Shown: positions 26,314 through 38,100 of the stretch, in pieces | Numbering within the stretch: position 1 is the stretch's first letter | Layout: the number at the start of each line of letters is the position of its first letter | Source of the DNA: Vicugna vicugna | Lineage: Eukaryota | NCBI GenBank assembly: GCA_013265495.1 | Contig: MU058781.1 | Coordinates: forward strand, 1 to 64,000 | Direction of reading: 5' to 3' | Length of the DNA: 64,000 nucleotides | Notes under the pieces: model-generated | Seen by the model: the letters and a program-made list of their open reading frames with translations, nothing else | What the model was told of the DNA's origin: nothing | The model's database searches: none | Position numbers and translations under genes: made by a program

Positions 26314-27220
26314 AAAAAAAGTTGTGTTCCTTTAATGTAACACAATTCTAGTTTTTAAAAAGTTTCAGTTCAATTTTTAATTTGTTCAGTAATGAAATCC
26401 AGATGTCCTAGCTCATTTAAAATTAAGGCTCTCCCTCCTGTTCCTTTCATGACCTAGTGGTAGGGCCTTGAGGAGTTTTAGCTGACTGCCCCTTTCTTAG
26501 GGGGCTTTTGTGCAGGTGACCTTCCTCCATCCCCTGCTCGCTGGAAATCTCTAACCTGCAAATCTTTCCACTGATCTTCTTTATTCCCCCCACAGAGTCA
26601 TCTTCTGATCTAGTAGCCATCGGGAAGTTTGGCTACCTTTTGTCTGATGTCTTAGGTGAAACTGATAGTCTCCATTTTATTAGAGTATTAGCCTCCAGGA
26701 TCTTTTGACTATGGTCTCACCACTCCAGGAGGATTTACTTAGGCAAGACCCAAGACGTCCCTAGCCTGGCTCTGTTTATTGAGTGGACCTCATCTGGTCC
26801 ATGGGGAAAACCCCATGCATCCTTCAACCAGACATGTCCTGGGAGACCTGACCATTCCCAGTGGAGCAACATTTCTTTTGTCCACCATCAGAGTAGAAAA
26901 CCAGTCATTGATTCTCATTCTTTAGCTTTCTGAGGCTTACCTCAGATGTATGCCCAGGGTGACCCCTAATCTCCAGATGGCCCCACTGATGGGCCCCTTC
27001 CCCTGCTCTCCTGAAAGGAGCAAGTACACAAGCACGCTTAATTTCTCCTCTTTGGTCAAGGACATAGCACAGCTTTCTCCAAGAAAACGTTTCTCTCAGT
27101 TCAAATTTAACCCACCTTCTTAGACGTTTTGGACTTTTCTATCTAAGTTTCCAACCACTACTTTGCAAATTCTACATAGAGGATCTGCTAATGCATTTTG
27201 GGACATGAGAGTGGTTGGCA

Positions 27221-27330
27221 CAGAGTTTCCACATACAGTCAGGCAAGCTGTGCGTTGCAGAAATCCAGGAGCACCATTTACCTCCTGGTCACTGCAGATT
27301 TATGCGGTGATGATGAGTTTTCTAAATGTG
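27221..27330. mobile_element. MER91-like hAT fossil
   Basis: ccacatacag...gcaagctgtgcgttgcagaaatccaggagcaccatttac resembles recalled MER91A. Confidence 0.55.
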
Positions 27331-28511
27331 TTCTGTACAATGAAGGAAAGGAAAAAGTTGTCTTTTTCCTGATTGCACAGAATCCTCTCCTACTAGATAG
27401 TGGCAACTTATTTTGTTACTAATGGTCTTGGGTCTTCAGAAAAACTGAGAAGTCCCATGTCTTTAGGGGTATTTTTAAAACTTGAGCATTTAAGTTTATA
27501 AAATATGATGATGGTAATATATATATTTTAATTCCTTATTATCCATTGAATACCAGTACAACTTCTTTGTTGGTTTTTAATAATTCATTTTCTCATTCAG
27601 ACTGAGAGCTTTCTAATTTTAAAAAAGTAAATACGAAATAGAGGTATTTTAATTTCAGTTGTTTGCCTTTATATCTTTTCAAATCAAGATGTTCAGTTCC
27701 TCCAGTTGCTTTATATTTCTTATCAGTATTTCAAAGTACATATGTCTACAGATTTTGGTTTTAATGGAATTATTATTCTAGGCTTTATTCTTTTGAATGA
27801 AATATGGAGTGATATTTATCTGTAAGATGGCTGTTATGCACACAGATTTATAATTTTATAAATTAGGCAGAAGGTTTTATAAAGACCTTTTTCTGAGAGT
27901 TTATTTTCTCTTGAAATTTTCAGTAATATGATTTTTTTTGTCCAAAATATAAAGACCTACAGGGAGACTTAAATTATTTAAATTATCCCAATTAAGGAAA
28001 ATGTTGAGTTTATAAATCTGATGATTTAGCCTTGTAGTTTCCCCTCATAATACTTGTAAGGCTTAGGAAGATCATGAGGAGAAATTACATTTTATTCTAG
28101 AACCTATGGTAGAAATCTCTAGAGTTTATCTTTATAATTTCTCATTCTTCCCTGTAAGAACCACCAATGCTCATTCCACTATCTATGAATAATTTTAGTT
28201 GACAATCAAAATATATTAACCCCAGCTGACCTCAGAGCAGTGAAACCCATTGTTTCTTATTCTGAAGGCTGTTTGGCAAATACATTTAAATCATTCATAC
28301 ACCACAAAAATCCTTACAAATGAAAGCTCAGTAGCCTCTCCTACAAAATGATTCCCAGCTATTTTAACCTACGGTTTCTAAATTATATTGCCTTTTATCT
28401 TGCTGATAGAAAGTACAGTAAATTTTCATTGTGTAAGACCCAATCTTAGAGCTGAGAGTGAAGACAGTCCTATTCCGATTCAGTAGTAAAAATCAAATTT
28501 CTCACCACCTG

Positions 28512-28530
28512 TGGCCAGAAGAGGGCAGCA
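28512..28530 (+). promoter_or_regulatory. CTCF core motif
   Basis: TGGCCAGAAGAGGGCAGCA closely fits the CTCF consensus; lies in non-repeat DNA. Confidence 0.6.
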
Positions 28531-29153
28531 GCTGACTGCATCTGAAGCACGTGTGTACTAGTTCCAACCAGCTCTTTCACTTTAAATTAATTACCACTCA
28601 GCAATTCAATAGGTAAAATAATGCATATCTCTTAAATGCCACCTTGTAAAATTATCAGTAATATATTTTCTCTTATGTCATTTACTCCTTGAAATTATTG
28701 GTTTCTCTTAGACTCTGTGTTTTTGTAAAATTGAATGAATGTTTGCCAACTCATGGTCATCTCTGCTTCAAGTTAAAGTTTTACCAATGGATTTGCAAAT
28801 CAATAACAAAATGACTGGAAGTTGTTTAGGGTATAAACTTTTGCCTCTGATACTTATGTGGACAATAGAATTGGAATGGATTTTAGAAACACTAATTAAG
28901 AAAAATATTGTATAACAATGCTCTAGGTTTGTTTTCAATGACTTTAATTCGCATACTACAACTAAAGCAAAAAACGATGAAAGTTAAACAATACCATTTT
29001 TTCTTTTCTGTTTGAAAGAAGTCTGCAGAGTAGAACTGGAATACTTAGAGGGATGTTTTTGATTCTTTTGAACGTACATTTTCATTTCTACAGTGATTTA
29101 TTTTTATAAAACAATTCTTTTTAGGGAGCAAAATATACATTTCTACTTAAGGC

Positions 29154-29315
29154 AGTAGTTCTAAAACTTTAGTAGGCATCAGAATCATCTGGAAGGCTGG
29201 CTAAAACATAGGGACCCAACTGCAGACTTTATGATTCTTTGGGTCCGAGGAAAGGTCTAAGAATTCTCATTTCTATCAAGTTCCCAGGCAGTGTTGACGT
29301 TGTCAGCTGGGTGGT
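29154..29315. mobile_element. MER5A hAT fossil
   Basis: cagtagttctaaaacttt...gcatcagaatcatctggaaggc...catttctatcaagttcccagg. Confidence 0.85.
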
Positions 29316-29317
29316 GT

Positions 29318-29465
29318 CAGCTGTCATCACCATGTCACACATTAGATCCTCAGATCTTGTTCTTCTTATAAGGAACATTTGTACCCTTTTAATAAACATT
29401 TCCTATTTTCCCCACTGCCCCAGCCTCTGGCAACCACTTTTCTACTTTCTGTTTGGTTTTTGAGA
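29318..29465 (-). mobile_element. L1MA-type 3' UTR fragment
   Basis: caccatg...cattagatcctcaga...ttgtaccctttt...ccccagcctctggcaaccac. Confidence 0.8.
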
Positions 29466-29775
29466 ATCTTTTTACCTCAGCTAATGTCAAACTGAATATG
29501 TAGCCTAAAACAGAAATTGTACTTCAAAATATAATTTCAATGCCGAGAAATGTCAAATCACATTAATCCACCTGAGCGTAGTAAATATTAGTTTTTGTCT
29601 AATTCAAAACTGCTTAGTGGACAATTGAGGGACAGCACATCACAAAGTTACCACTCTCCCCACAGTGTAATGCTCGCTTCAGAGAAGCAGCTTCCTGGTT
29701 CTACTGTGATAGAGCAAATGGTGACTAAATTAACAGGACCCTAAAACAGAGGCACAACTATTATATAAACAAATA

Positions 29776-30081
29776 TAGTTGGACCTCTGTGTCGATAGGT
29801 TCCTTATCCACAGATTCAACCAACTACAGATGGAAAATATTTGAAAAAATTTTCCAGAAATTTCCAAAAAGCAAAACTTGAATTTTCCATGCCCTGGCAA
29901 CTATTTACATTGCATTAGATATCGTAAGTAATCTGGAGATGATTTAAAACACACAATGAGATGTTCATATGTTATATGCAAATACCACACACCATTTTAT
30001 GTAAGGGACTTGAGCATCTGAGGAATTTGGTATTAGAAGGGGTCCTGGAACCGACCTCCCTTGGATACCTAGGGACAGCTG
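29776..30081. mobile_element. Tigger3a/MER7-like TcMar fossil
   Basis: gattcaaccaac...ttccaaaaagcaaaacttgaattt...taagggacttgagcatc...ggtcctggaacc; TA flanks at 29774-75 and 30082-83. Confidence 0.88.
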
Positions 30082-30996
30082 TAATATGAAAATGCATGAA
30101 ACAGAAAAAATGCCACCTAGAGTTGACATTAATCTCTTTGTTATCTATTAAGCTGACATACTAGTAAATAAAAAAATCATGCAGTCATGTATGTGTATAT
30201 ATATATGTATATATATCAAATATCTTGAGTAATAAAAACATCTTAATTTAGAAGTAAGCAATTTTTTTAGGTAAATTCAGGAAGCTAGAAAATGATTTAG
30301 GAATGATAAAATAGATCTGTATTTCGAAAAGCACACAAAGACATACTGAGCAGGAAGAAATTTGAACAAAAAAGAAATTCAGTGTGATGAAAGACAGTCT
30401 ATTGCTTCAGTAGCCCAACGAAGCCAGAATCATCATGAGGCGTACAATCCTCAATGTGTTACTATGACTTCAGTTGGAGCTGTTTAAATCCTTTATTAAA
30501 AATAGATAAACATGGGCACAATAGCAACATGCTTTTTATAACCTTTCAAGCAGGATTCATAAGTTCCTTGTTACCTTTTTGCAGGTAGAATATGCTTAAC
30601 CCTTTAAAATACAGTGATGCTGTTTAACATTGCAAGAGGGACAAACACTTCAAAATCCTGACAACTATTTTTAAATGTAATTTATTTAATTAAAGCACCA
30701 AAACAAAGAAATCCCAGAGAAGGAGGGCAGAAACATTTTACTGTAACATCTTTCATGAATTTAGACTTTAATCCAGCGCTTAAATAATGCTTGTGTCAAA
30801 ATAGTGAACTGACTTTCTGCAAAGGGCGTCTTTGAACTGGTTTTTACTTGTGGAGCTGTTTTGTGTACTAAGGATTATCCACTTGTCAAGATGCCATACT
30901 GAAACCCAGATGAGTAGCTGAGAAGCTCATTCTACTTGCCCTGGGGACAGCTAAGCTTTACATTTTTGATGACAATGGAATGCAGTAGTTGATGTC

Positions 30997-30998
<2 letters not shown>

Positions 30999-31038
<40 letters not shown>
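30999..31038. repeat. (GT)20 microsatellite
   Basis: Perfect dinucleotide run. Confidence 0.98.
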
Positions 31039-31040
<2 letters not shown>

Positions 31041-34000
31041 AGTTCTAAAGCTTCTGTTTGCGGTTCACCTTACTTAATTATAAAGTAAGCATGAAGCAGG
31101 GGAACACCCTTTACAACTACCCTTCACTTTTCATTTTAAGGTTGTGCATCTTGCAAGAATCTGATTTTCTCTCCAATAGTTCTAGAAATGATTTATATAA
31201 CAAATATTAATAAGAAGTATCAAAACAAATTTAAAATATTACACGTAGTCGCTTTGCTTGCTTTAAAGATGGAAATATCCTATTTCTTGTTTTCTATTGC
31301 ATTTTAGAATTAAGGAAAACAAAAGGTATCCTAAAGTTCTTCTACAGTTGTCCCATTAAAAAACAGTAAGTCTTGAGAAATGGACGTTCTGTGTCTGTAA
31401 GTTCATGCAGAATTCCAGTGACAAAAGTTGATTTCTATTAAAAACATACTTTTGCTGACTAAGCTTGAATTTTTGAGATAATTATTATCATCAGCTCAGC
31501 TAATACTGTTGAATAAAACAAAGCAGTTTCTCAAGCAACCTTACTAAGTTGTATCTTTTATAATGCTTACATGGTTAAGCAAAACATCTGTATCACAAAC
31601 CTTGGGTGTGTATAACTCAGGTGCTTTTCTTCTGAGAATACAGCCATGGTTGACAGGAAACAGTGATGTAATCATGAAAAGAGCAGTCTCAAATCTGCCA
31701 CTGACTGATTTTGGTGAGGTTTCTACATATATATAGTGAAGGATTGGACTAGACCTTAGCAATTCAATTTCTAAAAATTCTATGAATAAAAAGCACAGAG
31801 ATCCATAGGAGAGAAAACAATCTAACACAATTCAGGAGATTTGACTTACTCTCTCTCTCTCCTCCTAACTTTTCTTCACTTGCTTCTCTCCTTTCTCCCT
31901 ATTTTCCTTTCTTTCTTGCCTTCTTCCATGGCATTCATTGTTTAGCTTATGGATCCGGCCTTTAATAAAAGTGAATCAATTATATTAGTATAGGGCATGA
32001 GGAAGTTATACTAGAAGCTTGAAATAGGAGATGGAGAATGGTCAAGACGGCTCAAAGAAGTGGTAGATATCTTGGACTAGGACGTGACATTCTGGGTACA
32101 GCCATTTAATACATCACCAACAAAGACTAAGATAAGGAGCTTTTAGCTGCAGGGTGTAGACAGGGAATGTCAGAGAGGCCTTGCTGAGGAATGGAGATTG
32201 AAAATTAGCTTTAGATATTTATAACTGCCCCGATTGCAGCCATGAGACCTGAGACGTGAAGAGCAGAAGGGCCAATATGGCATCTATGTGGTAACCTACT
32301 AAGGGGGTGAAATGTCAGTAGACCTGTTAGAGCAGCGCTCTCTGCAGGGCTGGGCAGGGCACGTGGAGGTTGAGGGGAGGCAACAGAGTATGGGAGAGGC
32401 TTTGGGGAAGAGGAACGGGTTCCTCTCACAAAGGCATGCCAGTTTATATGTTTTTGCAGTTCTAGCCAACCAGAACACCTCTGTCATCTAAATTCAACTG
32501 GCCTCTAGTTTGCGTCTCTGTTTTGTGTTCACTTGAAGTTATATTGAGCCTCCTGCCTTGAGAACTCTCCAGCAACATAACCATGAAGGGAACAAAAATT
32601 CATCACAGCACATCGTAGCTGCTGGAATGGAGTGAGCTGGTATTTCTCCATAGAAGGTTCTAACCCAAAGATGGCCGTTTAAGAAGTTACAGTAGGTGTC
32701 CAGGAGAGCTGCCGTGTGTGAGAAGGCTTGGTTGGGGATTCTATGCTAGCTTGAATTCTTTTCTGTTCCTGGATCCAGGCACATGTGATTCTTGTGTTGT
32801 TACCTATTCCTCACCCAATTTTACTGCAACATCGATTAAAAGACCTATTTGAAAGACTTAATTTATATTCTATAAATTGAAGTTAGAAGATGGTCAAGTT
32901 TTAAAACTCATTACTTGACTGTTTTAAATTATTTAAAATATTTAAAATATATCTTTTCCTGCTTTTATAGGAGTAGCAAAGTTTATATAGTGTTTAATAA
33001 CTCATAGACTTTGTTGGTTAAAAATCATGTATAAATTTTATAATTTATAGATATATGTTAATAAATTATAAAAGACCACTCTGCTTGTATTTTTACAATA
33101 CACTCTCTGTAATTATCTATTTGAATTGACATGTATGTTTCTTTACTTTTTCTTTTCTTTTGCCCAATGACTCTTGCCCAATGATTTAGTGAAGGAAAGA
33201 ACATTAATTCATTTATACGGATTTGTTAGCTTGGCTCTGTGTAGGGCTTTGATCCTAAAATGATACACAGCCTCACTAAATGAACACACTAGTGATATAT
33301 ATCACTAAATTTTATAGGAAGTCTTTATCCTCTTACAAAAAATTTGTAAGCTTTTTAGTACATTATTGTTATCATTATCTTTATGGTAGTTATTGCAGTT
33401 GCTTTAATTACTTAAATTTTATACTTGTCTTAGAAAAATACAGAAATAGAAAATACAATGTTAAAACCTTTCCAGGATCATAATAGTCTTAAGCTTCTAT
33501 TTTATTTCATTATATGAGATGTTTAATAAAATCAGTTTTAATTAGTGACACCATTAACCAAAATCTTCTCTCAATTATTTAAGTCTTTAAATTACTTAAA
33601 TTGTGGTAAAATTAAATATAAGGCTTTAAACTTTATGTTAGGATTCACCTTCTACCAACAATTCTCCTTCCTTAATGTTACTATGATTATACCTCAGTCT
33701 CTATCTAATCACAACTCTTCTAACAGATTAATATTTATCAATTAATTATGTCTGGAGTTAAGTTTCATAACCATGACAAGTTTCTAGAAGGTGTGATTGA
33801 GTTTCAGAGAAATTTAAGAGGGTTTGACTGAAGTTACAGACAAGTTGCTCACAGAGGAAAGCATTGACAAAGAGCTTTGTGCTGTGAATTTAGTAAGAAG
33901 AGTATAAACCATTGTTTTAATAAAACACTAAATGTTCCAACATAGAGAAAAAGAGGACGCCATTATTATCATCAACCACCATGACCACTCAACAACTCCA

Positions 34001-34964
34001 CACTGATTGCCGTTGAAAAAACTCAAAACGTGGACTCCTTAATTGAATGACATCTTGAGGAGGTTACCCCATTTAAGCTTTCCATTATCTGCTAAGACTC
34101 AGAGGTATTTCACCTCTAAAAATTAGTATTCTTTGCTGTTGGCATCTTGATGGCATTTTTTTTTCCATAAAGAGAATTTCTTCCTAAATACTTTCAGGCT
34201 TTAAATCAGCTGTTAGCTGTCAGTAGCACAGCTGTTTCTTCCTCTTCCTCTAAGTGAAAGATTATTCCCTAAGTCATAAAAAAAATCTTAGTCACAAAGG
34301 ATTTGGCATATTTTAGAATGTACAAGACAGCGGCATAATTAATTTTTAAAAGATATAACAAATATTCTGACAAGTCAGTTTGAATAAATGAAAGCTTCAA
34401 AGATAGTACAATTTATTGCTTTTGAAACTACTAAATATAAATTCTGAACATTTTCCATTTGCCGTAACTATTTGTCAAAATTTGATGAAGTAAACTTTGC
34501 CCCCAAGAAGTGGGTAGCTAGACATAAGCAAAAAGTCTGCTGTCACAGTTGATGGGAATTTTAATTAGGATGGAGAATAGATACCTAGGGTTGGGAATAG
34601 ACTTTCCCTTCAGATGTAGCATTCTGAAGACATAATACTGGATCGCTAAGAGACTATTTTCATTGCCATTTTCAAGGGGAAAGTGAGAAAGCTCAAGAAA
34701 GCAAGTATGAAAATGTCAGTCCTCTCCACAGCTGATGAAATCCCACAAGTTGTTGACCAAGTACAATGCAAAAAAATAACTCACTTTCTCTGAATCACAG
34801 AGATTTTAGGTCACAACAAAGAATAACAGATAAATCTATAAAATACGCACCAAAAATAGCAAGAATGTGTTCATAAGCATCTTTAGTAATTTTATTAATT
34901 GACTATTTGATATTGAACTTTGTTTCTGATGTCTTAGAGTCCTCCAGTTTTGGAAATAATAGTT

Positions 34965-35125
34965 TCTACTATTTATTGTTTTGCACTATGATAAGTACTT
35001 TATATATAATATCTTGTTAAATCCTTATTTATTATTTTTGGAGATGAAGAAATAAAACTTATGAAATTAAATAACAGCTAATAGGTAGTAGAAATCAGAT
35101 TCAACTCTAACTGTATGCTCTCTTT
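34965..35125 (-). mobile_element. MIR fragment
   Basis: cactatgataagtacttta...attttggagatgaagaaa...cagctaataggtagtaga. Confidence 0.6.
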
Positions 35126-35154
35126 ATATCAAAGAGATACTAAAATTAGTGATT

Positions 35155-38100
35155 TACTTCTGACCATGGAGTAACAGGACTTCTTACCTGAAAAAATTTG
35201 CTCAATGGGGGACAAATCCAGACAAAAATAAATGAGCAAATGATCTGAAACACTGGTCATAATGCAGAGCAGAACAGTGATTCCTGAAAAACAAGTCCTA
35301 CAGTTACCATGGTTTACTACTTAGAGTTCTCAGATCACAAAGCAGGGAGGGAGCCCAAGCAGAGCCAGTGAACTTGGGGCTGTCTGAATTGAAGAGTCAA
35401 AGTTGGCAGTATGAGGAAGCAGTAGCAGCTGGAGTTAACAGGGAGGACTACCAGTGTAGAGAGAGCTGCAGAGAGAAAAATGCAGAGATCTTCACAGATT
35501 TTCTCTCCAGTCTGCAACTGCATGCATCCATGTGATAAACTCCCTGCAGCCAGAGAAAGAACCACCAAGGATTAGAGGCTATACTCTCCAGCACTTACAC
35601 AAGACCAGTAATAGTACCTGTTCCCACCATCCAGAGTGGGGAAAAAAGATCTGTAGTTGATGGAACATAAATAAAGTACTCAGAGAGATACTGCTTCTGT
35701 AGTGGGAAAAAATTGTCCTAAAATAAATGCTGCTCAAATTTTGCCTCACAAAGCTTGAAAGCGTGCCTCAAAAGGATCAAACGTATTCCAAGCAGTCTAA
35801 CTGCACTTCAAAATAAAGCTCAAGATTACTTACAGGAACACAAAAATGTCCAACACCCAACAAAATATAATTTACAATGCTTGATTTGGCATCCGATGAA
35901 ATATATCAGACATACAAACAAGCAGTGAAGTACAACCCATGAGGAGCAAAAATCAATTAATAGAAACAGATTAAGTAATTATACACATGACAGAATTAAT
36001 AGACATGGACATTAAACGTTATTATAACCCTACTTCATATGTTCAAGAAGACATATAATGTTAAGTGGAGCCATAAATATATGAAAAAGACTAAAATCAA
36101 ACTTCTGCAGATAAAAACTGCAATGTCTGACATTAAAAATATACAAGATGGAATGAATAGTAGAATGGACACTGCAGAAGAAATCAGTGAACTTGAAGAC
36201 ACAGTAATAGAAACTATCCAAAATCAAACACAGAGAGACCAAAGACTGAAAAAACATTTTTTTAAACAGAGCAACAGTCCACTGTAGGGCAACTTTAAGC
36301 AGCCTAATGTATGTGTAATTGAAATTCCAAAAGACAAATAAAAGAAAAATTTGAAAAAAATTATATCTGTGAAAATTTCCAAATATGATGAAAACCTTAA
36401 GTCCAGACAGCCAAGAAGATCATCAAAATTAAGCAAAAAGATAAAGTCTCCAAAGAAAACTGCTTAAAACCCGTGATAAAACAAAAATCTTAAAAGCAGG
36501 CAGAGAGAAAAGGAAGCTTCTATGTACAGAGGGAAAAAGGAAAGAAGGCCTGCATATTTCTTATAAGAAACAATGCAAGCTAGGGGACAGTATAGCAACA
36601 TATTTAAACTACAGAAAGGAAGAAATGATTATTTTAGAATTTTCTATCCAATAGTGAAAATATTTTTCCAAAAAATAATTACTTTCTTTTTAAGACATGA
36701 AAAACTAGAAGAATTCATCACCACAGATCCACAGTCTAAGAAATGTTAAAGAAAGTCCTTTAGGAGACGGAAAGTGATACTAGATGAAGATCTATATGTA
36801 CATAGAGGAGTGAAGAACACTTGAAATAGTAAATATGTGTTTAAATATAAAACACTTTTTCTTGTTTTCATTCATTTTAGAGACAACTGACTGTTTAAAA
36901 CAAAAATGATAATATATCATGGGGTTTATAACATATTGCTGTAAAATATTTAATAAGTATTTTAATAAGAGCTGGGAGGGGAGACATAGAAACAAACTGC
37001 TATAAGATTATTATATTGTACCTGAACTATTGTAATAGTACTTGAAAGTGGGCTGAAATAAGTTAAAGAGATATACTATAAACCTTAAAGCAACTACTAA
37101 AAATTCAAAACAAAGATTTACAGTTAATAAGCTAATAAAGGAAGCGAAATGGAATCATTAAAAAATCAATTACCCCAAAAAGGTCGAAAAATGGGACAAA
37201 AAACAGATGAATCAAATAGGAAACAAATAGCAAGATGGTGTATTTAAACTCAATGTAAGTTATCACAATAATTGTAAGTGATCTAAACATCATATTAAAA
37301 GGTGAGATTGGCAATCTGGATTTTAAAAAAGCAAGACCCAACTCTAGCTCCCCTACAAGAAACAAATACATTGAAAATAAAAGGATGGAAAAGAAATACC
37401 ATGATAGCACTAATCAGAAGAAAGTTGGTGTAGCTACATTAATCTCATACAAAGCAGATTTTTGAAGACATAACAATTTAAAATGTTTATGCATTGAATA
37501 ACAGAGGTTTAAGGTAAATGAGCAAAAAGCTTATAGAACAGCAAGAAGAAATAGAAAAATCCACAATTAGATTCATGAATTCCAGCACCCCTTCCCAATA
37601 ATTATAGAATGATTAGATGGAAAATCCACAGGATACAGGATATTTGAACAACACTGTCAGCCAATTTGATCTTACATGTACAGAACAAGAGCAAAATACA
37701 TATTGTTTTCAAGTGCATGCAATATGTTGATCCAAACAGACCATGTTTTGGACCACAAAACAAGTTTCATTAAATTTAAAAGAATTAATGCTTGCAAACA
37801 ATGTTCTCTGGAAGTGGAATTAAATTGGAAATAAATAAACAAAAGAATTCTAGAAAATTGCCAAATATTTGGTTGCTAAATAATATAATTCTGTATATCC
37901 CATGGGTTAAAGAAGAAATCAAAAGTGAAATTAGGATGAAAATGAAAACAGTATATCAAAATCTGTGGGATATGGTTAAAGTAGTGCTGAGAGCAAAATT
38001 TATAGCCATAAATGCCTATTTAAAAAGAAGAAAAGTCTAAATCATTGATCTCTGCTTCTATCTTAAGAGACTAGAAAAAGTGCAAACTAAAATCAGAGTA

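Noticed and set aside
26313..27200. Possible HAL1/L1 5' region
   Set aside because: Repeat-like context but I could not match it to any consensus with confidence
27303..27378. C/D box snoRNA (GTGATGA...CTGA with a short terminal stem)
   Set aside because: The C box lies in a MER91-like fossil; no recognisable rRNA/snRNA guide and no clear C'/D' boxes
33160..33184. Direct repeat ttgcccaatga x2
   Set aside because: Ordinary micro-duplication with only two units; not an array
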